Source of the DNA: an uncultured delta proteobacterium
GTDB taxonomy: Bacteria > Desulfobacterota > Desulfarculia > JACQYL01 > CAWGVV01
Length of the DNA: 64,000 nt
Direction of reading: 5' to 3'
Assembly: GCA_963821845.1 (NCBI GenBank)
Contig: CAWGFI010000006.1
Coordinates: 316,628 to 380,627, forward strand
Shown: one piece after another, positions 43,821 through 54,379 of the stretch
How the letters are laid out: each line of letters opens with the position of its first letter
Position numbering within the stretch: position 1 is the first letter of the stretch
Notes under the pieces: generated by a model
The model's input: only the letters and a program-made list of their open reading frames with translations
Databases searched by the model: none
What the model was told of the DNA's origin: nothing
Program-made: the position numbers and the translations under genes

Positions 43821-44219
43821 TTACAGATAGTTGATGTGATTCTTTTCCTTGACCTGGATGATCTGGGTTGTAATCAGGGACTTGACCTGCGGCAGGAGGC
43901 GTTCGCAAAAATCGTCGTCGGCTCCGAAAACAAGCAGATCAATTCCCTCTTCTTGACCAGATCGATGATTTCTTCCTGCAATTCGCGGCGGATAATGTGA
44001 TGTGAAATGATCAAGCCCGCCTGGCGCGCGCTGTTGATCAAATCCAGCAGGGCCTCTTCCAGCCGGCGGAAGTCTGGTTTTCCCCAAACCGGCGCCGGGT
44101 GCCTGTTGGAGAACGTAAACGTGCGACTGCAGCCTCTCGGCCAGCGCCAATGCATAGTGCACGCTTTTGAGATCCTTCCCGGACGATCCTAAAGGGACCA
44201 GAATTTTTTTCTGGAACAT
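43821..44219 (-). pseudogene. Universal stress protein-like, frameshifted
   Basis: KKILVPL...YALALAERL, EEIIDLV, EGIDLLVFG split over two frames. Confidence 0.65.
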
Positions 44220-44266
44220 TGGTTATCTTCTCTCCGGACCCGATCCATTTTCTCATTGCGTAATTT

Positions 44267-44281
44267 TCAATATGCGTGCCA
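44267..44281 (-). promoter_or_regulatory. Putative sigma54 promoter TGGCACGCATATTGA with UAS palindromes at 44350-44366 and 44438-44454
   Basis: Consensus TGGCACG -24 box; TGTTTC-N5-GAAACA and TGTTTC-N5-GAAACT upstream. Confidence 0.7.
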
Positions 44282-44507
44282 AGAATAGTATTTATAAATG
44301 ATATCAATACAGTAACATGAACTGTATGCGGTTTGAAGTCCTGTCCAGATGTTTCATATCGAAACAATAGGGGTACACGCGGTATCGAAACGATATTTCA
44401 AAATTAATGCCATAATATCAAATGGATTGAATCTATTTGTTTCAAATAGAAACTATTGAGGGAACAGAAGCTTAGGGCGGAAGGCGGACGAAGTTTGGGC
44501 CGTCCGG

Positions 44508-45854
44508 TCATTCAAGGCCGTAGCGTTTCATCTTACGCCAGAGAGTGGTGCGGGGAATTCGAGGATGTCGGCGGCAAGACTTTTTTAGAATCGGTTTTGA
44601 TTATAATTTCCTGAATATATTGTTTTTCATTTTCTTCGAGGGAGAGCCAGGCCTGGTTTTCAAGATTGCTCATGGAGAGCTCTCTGAGATCCGAGGGCAG
44701 ATCGTCTGCTGAAATTTCGGGGTCATCGGTCAGAGCCACGGCGCGTTCGATAATGTTTTCCAGTTCGCGAATGTTGCCGGGATAGGGATATCCGGCAGAG
44801 AATATCCAGGACCTCGGTGGAAACGCCGCTGATCTCCTTGCCGAAAGCGCGGCTGTATTTGGAAAGAAAATGACGGATCAAAAGCGGAATATCATCCTTG
44901 CGGGCCCTCAGAGGAGGCAGGGAGATGAAAACGACGTTCAGCCGGTAGTAAAGGTCCTCACGAAAGGCGCGACGATTGATCATCTCCTTGTAGTCCCGGT
45001 TGCTGGCCGCAATCAAGCGGACGTCCACCGGCAGCGGTTTGATGCCGCCCACCCTCAAAAGCGAGCGATCTTCAACGAACCGCAGAATCTTGACTTGCAT
45101 GCTGAGCGGCATTTCGCCGATTTCATCCAGAAAGATGGTCCCCCGGTGAGCGGCTTCCAGCAGCCCGATTTTAGTTTCCGCAGCCCCGGTAAAGGCCCCC
45201 TTTTCATGACCGAATAATTCATTGGTGATCAACTCCTCGGTGAATCCGCCGCAGTTGAAGGAAACAAAGGGCTGGCTTTTTCGCCGGCTGCGCTGGTGAA
45301 GTGCACAGGCGACCATTTCTTTGCCCGTCCCGCTTTCGCCCTGAATGAGAACATTGCAGTCCAGGGGGGCCACTTTGTCAATCAGGCGGTACAGTTCATG
45401 CATGGCCTTGCTGTTTCCGATCATTTCGGCAGGGCGGTTCTGGGAGAAAAGGGCCTCTTTGAGAGCTTCCTTTTCCCTGACCAGCACCACCTTGTCCAGG
45501 GCACGATCTACCAGGAGTCTGATTTCAGCCATTTTGATGGGCTTGGTCACATAGTGAAAGGCCCTGGATCGAATCGCTTCGATAGCCGATTCAACCGAGC
45601 TGTAGGCAGTGATCAGTATCACTTCGCACAGGGGATGCTGCTTTCGGATCGTTTTGAGAACCTCCAGACCGCTCATTCCGGGAAGACGAAGGTCGCATAA
45701 AACCAGATCGAAGTCTATTTGTTCGAAGCGCTGCAGGGCCGATTCGCCATCCAGGAATACTTCCAGGTCGTAGGCGTTTGTCGGAGAGCCCCCGCTTGAT
45801 CTCACGCCCGACAATGGGTTCATCATCGATAACCGCTATTTTAAAGCGATCCAT
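44508..45854 (-). pseudogene. Sigma54-dependent response regulator, frameshifted at both ends
   Basis: MDRFKIAVIDDEPIV, GESGTGKE, GAFTGA, TLWRKMKRYGLE in shifting frames. Confidence 0.85.
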
Positions 45855-47309
45855 TCATACCTCCGTTATGGCCGGTTTTGGCCAGCGGGACGAAAATCGA
45901 AAAACAGGTTCCCTCTCCGGGTCGGCTGTTTACCTCCAGCCGGCCCCCATTTTTCTTAATGATATTATAACTGACGGAGAGGCCGAGACCGGTGCCGACC
46001 CCCTCTTTTTTGGTCGTAAAAAAGGGGTCGAAAATCTGATCGATATTCGCCTCCGGAATGCCGCGTCCACTGTCGATGACATCCATCCGAGCTTCATGGG
46101 AAGCTGTCCGTTCCGGTCCGATGACCACCTTCAGTTCGCCGCCGTGCTCCATGGCCTGTATGCTGTTCATGAACAGGTTGAGCAGCACCTGCTGCAGGCC
46201 TCCTCGATCCAGACGGGCGACTATCAAATCGGCCTTTACTTCTTTGACAAGATTGATGTTGTGCAGGCCTCAATTCATTGTTGATCAGCCGGACGGTTTT
46301 GTCCACCACCTCCTCCAGATTGACCATCTCCATATGCGGATGGTTCGGCACGGGAAAATTCAAGCAGGTTTTTCACGATTTCGCTGGCCCGGTCGGCCTG
46401 GTCCATGGCTTCCTGGTAAAGCCGGAGGCGTTCCTCTTTATCCAGGCGGCCGGGCCCTCAATCAGGGACTCCAGGATCAGCGATATGTTGTTAACGGGGT
46501 TGTTGATTTCATGGGCGACGCCCGCGGTCAACGTCCCGATGGAGGCGATCTTGCGGGATTGGATCAGTTGTTCCTGCCGTTTTTCCAATTCCGCCACCAT
46601 GCGGTTGATGGTAGCGACGAGGTGGTGGATTTCATTCTTTTTCATCGCCGTAAGGGGTGATGCGCTGAAAAGCCCCCTGTGCCCACGGCTTCCGTTTCGC
46701 GGGTAATGCGGGCCAAGGGTCGGATGACCTTTTCACCGATAAAGAAGATGACGAACCCAAGCAGTACGACCAGTAAGATCAGGCTGATCATGGGCAGCGG
46801 GATCATCTGCCGAAGCAGGCGATCGATAACCCGGCGTTCGGTGCGACCAGTTGATCAGCCAGGGTCAGGAGGTTCTGGCCGAGTGCCGCGAATTTGAATC
46901 TGAAGGTCGGCGCAGTCCCCCGATTCGCAGGCGGTGCTGGCGTAAATTTTCCATTAACGCCGTGAATAATCATGTACATACTTGACGAACTGCTGGTAGT
47001 TGTTTGTGGCCGATGGCGTCCACGAGGCTGTCCTGTTCCCGTTGCAGGATCAGGGTCAGCTGGTTGGTATAGGTGACGTTTTCTTCGTAGTTGAAGTCCT
47101 GACGATAGAGAAAGTAGTTTTTTTCATAGCGTCGCATTTCCAGGATCGTTGCTGTTGAGTTCCTCGGCCAGCTCGAAGAATTGCATGGACTGGGACAGAC
47201 GGCGGAAGTTGTTGTAATTGAGGGCGATGATGACGGCCATGAAGACAAAGCAGACCAGAAACGCCGTCATGATTTGCCCGCGAATGGTTTTGGGCAGAAA
47301 ATTCATCAT
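45841..47309 (-). pseudogene. Membrane sensor histidine kinase, multiply frameshifted
   Basis: TM + LEMRRYEKNYFLY, HAMP-like segment, GVAHEINNP, QQVLLNLFMN, DSGRGI, FFTTK, GTGLGL fragments. Confidence 0.85.
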
Positions 47310-47584
47310 TCCATTCCAAGTCAACTATTTTGAGGGACCCGTGGAAGCGCTCTCCTGAGGGCCGCCAATTTTGCGATCCCTACCATAGCATACGCTGTTC
47401 ATGATACAAGAACTAATTTACGAGCGAGGATGGGAATAAGGGCGCGGATTGAAGCTTTGGCGGGGATAGGGGGATTAAAAGGGAATTATGGCAGGCCTTG
47501 GGGCGTCGCGCGCCGGGGCCGCTCTTCACGCTCCGCCGTAATTCACCCGGCCGGAACAACGGCGGGAAAGTTCAAATAACATGA

Positions 47585-47622
47585 CCATGGTTCGAACCGC
47601 ATTTTGCGCGGCCGAACCATGG
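47585..47622. terminator. Stem-loop downstream of the corrinoid operon (CCATGGTTCG...CGAACCATGG)
   Basis: 10-bp perfect inverted repeat ~45 bp after the last stop; no strong U-tract. Confidence 0.4.
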
Positions 47623-47665
47623 CCAGCCCCCCGGCAACCCGGAACGCGAAAGGCGTTCGTCCCGG

Positions 47666-48295
47666 TCACTCCATGCTTTCGATAATGAATTCAGCGGCCA
47701 GACTGGCGCCGATGCCCGGACACAGGCTGCATTTTTCAAAACCCTTGGCCTTGGCGAACGCGTCCATTTTCTCCGGGCTCGCGCCGGGGTCCATGTTTTT
47801 GCCGAAAATGACGTGTTCCTGTATGTCCGAACAGAGGAGGTAGCCGATCTCGTCTTCAAAAAAGGCCATGAACCGCTGGGAAGTCATGATGGTCGCGCCC
47901 GCGGTTTCGAAATCCAGGACATCGTCGCTTCCGAAATAAAGCCCGAAAGCCATCAGGCTGCCGGTGACTCCGCCGCACATGGCGCCGGTTCCGGCGATGC
48001 CGGGAAAGGGCGTCAGCGCCTTGACAACCTCCATGTTACCCAGCCCGAATTCCTCCATCAGGGCCAACGCGGTGCTTTGGGCGCAGTTGCGGAAAAGGAA
48101 ATTGTACTCCTCGGCCCGAGTCCGCACACGATCGAGAATTTCCTGCTTGTGGGTCATCAATTGGTCTTTGTCCAGCGTTTTCCCGGGGATTCCCTCGGCG
48201 GCCAGTTTTCTGTATCTCGCCTCTATGGCCGGCAAATCCCACTCCCGGTCGGCGAGTTGCGACACCCATTTTTTCAGCGTGTCAATAGTGGTCAT
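47666..48295 (-). CDS. C-GCAxxG-C-C family putative redox-active protein
   Basis: NCAQST, GIAGTGAMCGGVTG, LLCSDI, KCSLC; AAGGAGG RBS. Confidence 0.85.
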   Translation of the reverse strand: MTTIDTLKKWVSQLADREWDLPAIEARYRKLAAEGIPGKTLDKDQLMTHKQEILDRVRTRAEEYNFLFRNCAQSTALALMEEFGLGNMEVVKALTPFPGIAGTGAMCGGVTGSLMAFGLYFGSDDVLDFETAGATIMTSQRFMAFFEDEIGYLLCSDIQEHVIFGKNMDPGASPEKMDAFAKAKGFEKCSLCPGIGASLAAEFIIESME

Positions 48296-48323
48296 GGCGA
48301 GGCTACCTCCTTGCCGCCAATGC

Positions 48324-48965
48324 CTACGCGGCCACCCATTCCTTGGCGAGGGAAATAGCCGCCACGGCGTCTTTTCCATAGGCGTCCGCGCCGGCGTATG
48401 CCTTGACCTTATCGTCCGTGGCCGTGCCGCCGATCATGATTTTCACCCGGTCCCTGAGCCCGGCCGTCTGGATGGCTTCAACCGTGGTTTTGATCGCTTC
48501 CAGAACCGTGGTCAGCAGGGCGCTCATGCCCACGATGTCCGGCTGCGCCTCCTTGATGGCTTCCACGAATTTTTCCGGCGGCACGTCGACCCCCAGATCG
48601 ATGACTTCAAAACCGTTGACGTCCAGAAGAAAGGTGACCATATCCTTTCCGATGTCGTGGATGTCCCCTTTCACCGAGCCGATAACCACCTTGCCCAGCT
48701 TTTTCGCGCCGCCGGCGGCGGAATCCTTTTTCAGATAAGGTTCGGCCAGCGCGGCGATTTTCTTCAGCATTCTTCCGGAAAGGATCAATTCGGGAAGATA
48801 AAACTTGCCGGCCTCGAACTCCTTGCCGACCGTTTCCAGCGCCTGCCGGCATTCTTCCAAAACCTTCAAGGGATCGGTTCCCTCTTTGAGCATTTTTTCC
48901 GCGACGCGCAGCGCCTCCGGTTCCTTCATGCTGATCATGGCGTTAACCAATTCACTTGGCATCAT
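48324..48965 (-). CDS. Methyltransferase cognate corrinoid (B12-binding) protein
   Basis: VGKEFEAGKFYLPELI cap, GDIHDIGK (DxHxxG), GMSALLT, MIGG. Confidence 0.95.
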   Translation of the reverse strand: MMPSELVNAMISMKEPEALRVAEKMLKEGTDPLKVLEECRQALETVGKEFEAGKFYLPELILSGRMLKKIAALAEPYLKKDSAAGGAKKLGKVVIGSVKGDIHDIGKDMVTFLLDVNGFEVIDLGVDVPPEKFVEAIKEAQPDIVGMSALLTTVLEAIKTTVEAIQTAGLRDRVKIMIGGTATDDKVKAYAGADAYGKDAVAAISLAKEWVAA

Positions 48966-49048
48966 ATTCCTCCTGAAACAGTAATCTGTTCTGTCGTAAC
49001 GACACTTGCGATGAGACAGCGCGTAAACGCCGAAACGCCGGTGCGGTT

Positions 49049-50398
49049 TTAGCTGTAAACGGCGTTTTCCTTGGCGCAATCGATCATGGCCTTGACGTTT
49101 TCCGCTTTGGCGCCTTCGACGCTGGCGCCCGAGGAGAACAAAAAGCCGCCGCCCTTGCCCGCGACCTTGATGAGGTTTTTGCAGTAATCGCGCACTTCGT
49201 CGGGCGTGCCGGCAGCCAACAGTGTCATGGGCACGTTGCCGGCGATGCAGGACACCCGGCCGATGGTGGCCTTGGCTTTTTCCATGTCGGTTTTATCGAA
49301 CCACCAGACGGTCTTGCCCTTGGGAAGATCGGAGATCACTTCCAACCGTTGATTGTAACCACCCTCCGCGAACAACAGCGGAACCAGACCTTCGTCGATC
49401 AGGCCTATGATGAGTTTCCGCAAGGAAGGCCAATAGAATTTCCGGTACTGTTCGTCGGACATGAATCCGTCCGCGCCCTTGTGCAGCGGAATAAAGGGCA
49501 TGATGTGGCCGGTGGCCCGGCAGGAGGCGATTCCCGCCTTGATCATCAGGGGCGTCAGCCGCTCGCACGCTTCCAGCAATTCCTCGGGGTACAGGTAGAT
49601 GTCGGTCAGCACTTCGCGGGTTCCACGGAGGGTATCGCCGATGACGTCAAAGGGGGCCTTGGTGAATCCGCCCATGAAAGAGGGGTGTCCCTTGCCCATG
49701 ACGGATTCGCCGGCCCGCGTCACCGCGCCCAGCCATTTCATGGTCTCGTCGCCCGCTTCCATGACTTTTTTCAGAACCGTCTGCACGTCCTCGATGCCGA
49801 AGGGAATCAGGCCCGGCGGCACGCAGGGGATTTCGTTGACCGACGGAAAGACCGGCAGGGGTATATTTTCGAGAGGTTTCACAGCGCCGAAGATACGGGG
49901 AAAATAAATGTTCAGGAAAAATCCGGTGGGATCGTCGATTAGATCCTGATATTCCTCGGGCTTCATGTACTCTTTTTCGACATATTGATACTCTTTGTCC
50001 TTGGGCACCCCGTGACCGGGCCAGCGGCCAAGCTGGAAGTCGAGGATTTCCAGCACCCGGCCCGGCACGATAATGAACGGGGAGCTGTAGGTATCCGCGG
50101 CGAAATCGGCGTGGAACTTGTCCCAAGCCTTTATCAGGCTGTCGTAATCGTACATGGCGTCGTAGACGGTATAGCCGGAATAGGCTATGGGGAAAAATCC
50201 GGCCGAGGGGCAGACGGGAATACGCGCGGGCGGTTTTTTCATCTGAATGGCGTCCTTGATGAGGTCGACCCGCTCCTGATACGCTGCCTTGGCTTGGTCA
50301 TTTACAAAGGGGATATTCGCGCCCGACCGCCAGGTTTCAAACCACGCCTCCTGTTTTTCTTCGGTATTCGGCCCCGGTTCCAACCATCGTTCTTTCAT
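49049..50398 (-). CDS. UroD/MtaA-CmuA-fold corrinoid-dependent methyltransferase
   Basis: APFDVIGDTLRG, PLHKGADGFMS, KFYWP, LFAEG, CIAGNVP, GGGFLFS; adjacent to the corrinoid protein. Confidence 0.82.
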   Translation of the reverse strand: MKERWLEPGPNTEEKQEAWFETWRSGANIPFVNDQAKAAYQERVDLIKDAIQMKKPPARIPVCPSAGFFPIAYSGYTVYDAMYDYDSLIKAWDKFHADFAADTYSSPFIIVPGRVLEILDFQLGRWPGHGVPKDKEYQYVEKEYMKPEEYQDLIDDPTGFFLNIYFPRIFGAVKPLENIPLPVFPSVNEIPCVPPGLIPFGIEDVQTVLKKVMEAGDETMKWLGAVTRAGESVMGKGHPSFMGGFTKAPFDVIGDTLRGTREVLTDIYLYPEELLEACERLTPLMIKAGIASCRATGHIMPFIPLHKGADGFMSDEQYRKFYWPSLRKLIIGLIDEGLVPLLFAEGGYNQRLEVISDLPKGKTVWWFDKTDMEKAKATIGRVSCIAGNVPMTLLAAGTPDEVRDYCKNLIKVAGKGGGFLFSSGASVEGAKAENVKAMIDCAKENAVYS

Positions 50399-50555
50399 AT
50401 GGTGATCTCCTTTTCATCTCCTCGCCGGATACGCCTTTCGGCGTATCATCCAGGTTCAACGATACGATAACGATCCAATGGCGGCGTTTCGTCGGGGGAC
50501 GATCCGCTCGCCGGATCAACGAATGTGCTCCGTATAAAACCGGCTCTCGCGCCTC

Positions 50556-51650
50556 CTACGGCCGCAAAACCGGTTTGATGACGATTCCTTTTTCCATGTC
50601 CTCGGCCGCTTTGTTGATTTCTTCAAAAGGATAGTAGGTGATCAGCTTGTCGAACGGAAACCGGCCTTGTCGGTACAGTTCAATGATTTTAGGGATAAAG
50701 AGATCCGGAACGGCGTCGCCTTCGATGATGCCCTTGATGGTGCGCCCGTTCAGGATAGTCTGCATGTCCAGACTGGCCTGCGTGCCGAAGGGCGCGACTC
50801 CCACCAGTCCGCACACGCCGCCCAGCGGCAGCGATTCCACCGCTTGCCGGAAAACCTCGGGATTACCGACGCATTCCAGGGTGTATTGAGCGCCTCCGCC
50901 GGTGATGGCCCGGACGGCTTCGATGGGATCTTCCCTGGAGGCGTTCACCGTATGGGTGGCGCCGAATTGCTTGGACAGCTCCAGCCGTTTCTCGTTGATA
51001 TCCACCGCGATGATGGTCGAACACCCCACCACGGTCGCGGCGATAATCGCGCTCATGCCCACCGTGCCCGCGCCGAATACCGCGATGCTGGACCCGGCCT
51101 TAGGATGAAAGGTGTTCATGACCGCGCCCGCGCCGGTAAGCACGCCGCATCCCAGGGGCGCGAGGATGTCCAGGGGAATGTCGTCGCGAACCTTGACGAT
51201 GTTGCGTTCATTGGCCAGCGCGTATTCCGCGAACGAGGACTGCCCGAAAATGGAACCGTAAATGGTCTGGTCGTCCTTTTTGAGGGTGGTCGATCCGTCG
51301 GGACGGCCGCCGCTGAAATTTTGCAGGAAAAAATCCGCGCAATGCGCGTCGGCGCCCGCCTTGCAAGAATCGCACGTTCCGCAGGAGCTCCAGCTCAGCG
51401 CGACGTGGTCTCCCGGTTTTACTTTTTTTACCCGCGCCCCCACCTTTTCGACGACTCCGGCTCCTTCGTGCCCGAACACGCCCGGAAGCGGAATCGGCAG
51501 ATGCTGTTCCCTGGCGCCCAAATCCGTGTGGCACATCCCCACCGCCACGATGCGAATCAGCGCCTCGTCGTCGTTGGGTTCGCCGATTTCAATCTGCTCG
51601 ATGTTGAACTTTCCCGATTTCTCGAATACAACCGCAGCTTTAATTTTCAT
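50556..51650 (-). CDS. Zn-dependent NAD+ alcohol dehydrogenase, aryl/benzyl-alcohol dehydrogenase-like
   Basis: GMCHTD, GHEGAG, CGTCDSC...C, FGQSSFA, PLGCGVLTGAG, EGDAVP...FPFDKL. Confidence 0.88.
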   Translation of the reverse strand: MKIKAAVVFEKSGKFNIEQIEIGEPNDDEALIRIVAVGMCHTDLGAREQHLPIPLPGVFGHEGAGVVEKVGARVKKVKPGDHVALSWSSCGTCDSCKAGADAHCADFFLQNFSGGRPDGSTTLKKDDQTIYGSIFGQSSFAEYALANERNIVKVRDDIPLDILAPLGCGVLTGAGAVMNTFHPKAGSSIAVFGAGTVGMSAIIAATVVGCSTIIAVDINEKRLELSKQFGATHTVNASREDPIEAVRAITGGGAQYTLECVGNPEVFRQAVESLPLGGVCGLVGVAPFGTQASLDMQTILNGRTIKGIIEGDAVPDLFIPKIIELYRQGRFPFDKLITYYPFEEINKAAEDMEKGIVIKPVLRP

Positions 51651-51913
51651 GCTTCCCATCTGATCCCATGAATGGTTGTCGGCGCATGGACCTCTATTCA
51701 CACGTCAAAGCCGGGAGCTTTTTGAACGCGCTCCAGGCTTATAATCTCGGAACACAATGAAATACTCGGACGCGATTCGTCTCCGATGGCAACCAAAATA
51801 GCGTCCCGATAGGGCCGAGGGCAAGAGATTTCCACCATGGGTATCAAAATTGCCATGATTACGCAGGCTAATCGCGGAAGCGCGAGAACGCATACGGCCT
51901 TTCCCCCGACCGG

Positions 51914-53137
51914 TCAACGCTCGTTCCAGGGCGGCGCGGGGGCTATTGTCTCTTGAGCGTAATCAAGGGGATAGATAATCCGCTGCTTTCCGTCCCGCCA
52001 CTGAAAGGAAGCCGGCGGGAAAAGCGCGATCCCGCGATCGTCGTAGTCCACCTTGCCCATGACGGTTTCGAACCGGTTGTCCAGCACCGCCTGGCGCACC
52101 TTGGCGGAGTCCAGGGTTCCGGCCTTTTCAATGGCCTGCCACAGAATCTGACAGGCGGCGTAGTGCAGCCCGGCGCTTACGGTGTACTTGCCGAACTTGT
52201 CATGGTAGGCCTGCCCCAGCTCCTTGCAGCCGGGAAACGGGTAGTCCATGGACCAGAACCCGTCGCACAGGATAAACTCCGCGTCGTCGCCCAGGGCCTT
52301 CTGAAATTCGGTGGCCCAGGTCCCTTTCCATCCCTGGAAATATTTTACGCTGAAATCGTTTTCCTTCATCTGGCGTATCAGGGTGATGGTTTCCGCCATG
52401 TTGGCCAGAAGCAGGATGGCGTCGACCTCGGCGGCCTTGGCCTTGATGATCTGGGTGGAAAAATCCTTGGCCCCCGTGCCCAGGGATTCCACCAGCGCCA
52501 CCCGATAGCCGTATTTTTCGGCGAGAGAGGCCAGAAGCCGGCCCATCTGCGTGCCATCGAACGTGTCTTCCAGAAAGAGGCCGATCTTCTTGGGACGCTG
52601 ATCCTCGGGCAGAGTGGCCCAGATTTCAAAGGGTATGGCTCCGCCCTGCGCCACATCGAAGAAATACATGGTCCCCCACTTGAAATTATGCTCCAGGAAA
52701 TTCTGAACCCAGATAACCGTGCCGTGATAGTACTTGTGATATTTTTCCGCGGTGATCAAGCCCGGGAGCACGCCGAAAGCCCCGGTGTAGCCGCTCAGGA
52801 GCAGATCGACCTTGTTGCGCTTGATGAGCCGCTCCACGGCCGCGGCCGCCTTTCCGGGATCGGTTTCATCGTCGATCACGACGAGATTCACCGGCAGCTT
52901 CCGGTCATACTCCTTAATAAAAACGCCGCCGGCCTTGTTGATGTCCTCCACGGCCTTGTCGTATGCCCATTTCTGTTCGACGCCCCCCATGGCGCCGGGT
53001 CCGCTCAGGGGCAGGTGGGTTCCGATGAGAATTTCCGTCTTCTACTCCCTGGCCGCCGCCGGCTGGACCGCGCAGATGAATACGAGCAGAAGGATCAGAC
53101 CGAACGCCCCGAAAATCGCGCTTACCTTCTTTTCCAT
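51914..53137 (-). CDS. LivJ/K-family ABC substrate-binding protein with an in-frame UAG at 53044-53042
   Basis: RBS + MEKKVSAIF signal peptide, then AAARE*KTEILIGTHLPLSGPGAMGGVEQ..., INKAGG, DDETDP, all in one frame. Confidence 0.85.
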
Positions 53138-53184
53138 CACGCCTCTCCTCCCTCGAAAGTTCGGATGTGGGAAATGGTTGGAAT

Positions 53185-53330
53185 GGGAGGACCTTTTGGG
53201 AAAAAGAGTCGCTCCCAACACTCTCCAAAAACCTGCAATCGATGTTCTCCCGACAAGATGGGAGATTTTTGTCATTTCGAACGCGGCGATAAATCGTTCC
53301 GGGGGCGCGGGGGGAGAGATCCCCTCGCGG
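53185..53330. repeat. Mosaic intergenic repeat
   Basis: 53185-53233 resembles 58587-58637; 53272-53330 aligns with 24951-25010. Confidence 0.6.
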
Positions 53331-53340
53331 CTTTTTATCT

Positions 53341-54369
53341 TCAGCCTGTCCGCTCGTTTTTCCCCGGCTTGAACGCTTTCCGGGGCGCCCAGTTGAACAG
53401 CGGCAATCGTCGCACGAAATCGGGCTTGCGGCCGGTTATGGCGCTCATGACGCCGTTGGGCAGAAACAGCGTCACCAGGATAATGAACGCGCCGGAAAAG
53501 ATGGGGTGGATTTCGGGCAGCCATTCGTTGGCCAATTCAAAGGCGGCCGCCAGCAAAAAGGCGCCGATCACCGGCCCCCAGATGGTTCCCGCGCCCCCCA
53601 GGAGGGCCATCAGAATGGGTATGATGACCCAGTTCAGGCCGTACACCCCCGCGGGATGAACGTGAAACGTGTAATACGCGTTGAGGCTTCCGCACATGCC
53701 GGTGAAAAAGGCTCCGGCCGCGAACGCGAATATTTTGTATTTCAGCACGGCCACGCCGTTGGCGCCCGCGGCCATTTCGTCTTCCCTGATGGCCACCAGG
53801 GCGAGCCCGATGGTGGAACGCGTGAGCAACCACAAACTCGCGATGGACAAAAGAGCGATGACCAGCGCGATGTAGTAGTAGGGCTTCATGGATTCATAGG
53901 CGGAGGATGACAGCATGATCCCCACCGGCCCGCCGGTGATTTTGCCGCCGTTGACGCAGACCACCCGGAGGATTTCCGCCAGACCCAGCGTGCCCAGAGC
54001 GAAATAGTCGCCCCGCAGCTTGGCCAGAAGTGGCATGCCCACGATCGCCGCCAGCAGGGACGCGCCCACGCCGCTCAACAGCATGGCCGACGGATCGAGA
54101 TAGCCCGTCCACCCCGCCTTCCAGGAGATCGCGGTCACATAGGCCCCCAATCCGAAAAAGGCGCTCTGGCCGAGTGAAACCTGCCCGGTGTACCCGGCGA
54201 CCAGATTCCATCCCTGGGCGAGCGCGACATACATAAAGGTGGTGAAAAAGAAATAGACCAGATAGGAGGCCTCGGCGTCCACCATGAATGGGAAGGCCAC
54301 GAAAAAGGCCAGTGGAATAAATGCGAGGAAATACCGCGTTTTCCATTTGGCGTTGGTTTTTCGCGCCAT
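53341..54369 (-). CDS. livM: Liv-type ABC permease (LivM-like)
   Basis: WNLVAGYTGQVSLGQ, LRGDYFAL, AIREDE, LLGGAGT. Confidence 0.9.
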   Translation of the reverse strand: MARKTNAKWKTRYFLAFIPLAFFVAFPFMVDAEASYLVYFFFTTFMYVALAQGWNLVAGYTGQVSLGQSAFFGLGAYVTAISWKAGWTGYLDPSAMLLSGVGASLLAAIVGMPLLAKLRGDYFALGTLGLAEILRVVCVNGGKITGGPVGIMLSSSAYESMKPYYYIALVIALLSIASLWLLTRSTIGLALVAIREDEMAAGANGVAVLKYKIFAFAAGAFFTGMCGSLNAYYTFHVHPAGVYGLNWVIIPILMALLGGAGTIWGPVIGAFLLAAAFELANEWLPEIHPIFSGAFIILVTLFLPNGVMSAITGRKPDFVRRLPLFNWAPRKAFKPGKNERTG

Positions 54370-54379
54370 GATTCTCCCT

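Noticed and set aside
47666-48295. Selenocysteine in the C-GCAxxG-C-C protein
   Set aside because: The ORF is uninterrupted and all motif positions are Cys codons
49049-50398. True uroporphyrinogen decarboxylase (hemE)
   Set aside because: Too long, lacks the N-terminal RQAGR motif, and is paired with a corrinoid protein
4224-50558. Genome-wide reassignment of UAG
   Set aside because: TAG ends at least seven genes at normal C-termini (4224 kinase, rluB, hemerythrin, glk, GGDEF, corrinoid protein, ADH); glk readthrough meets TAA before tkt
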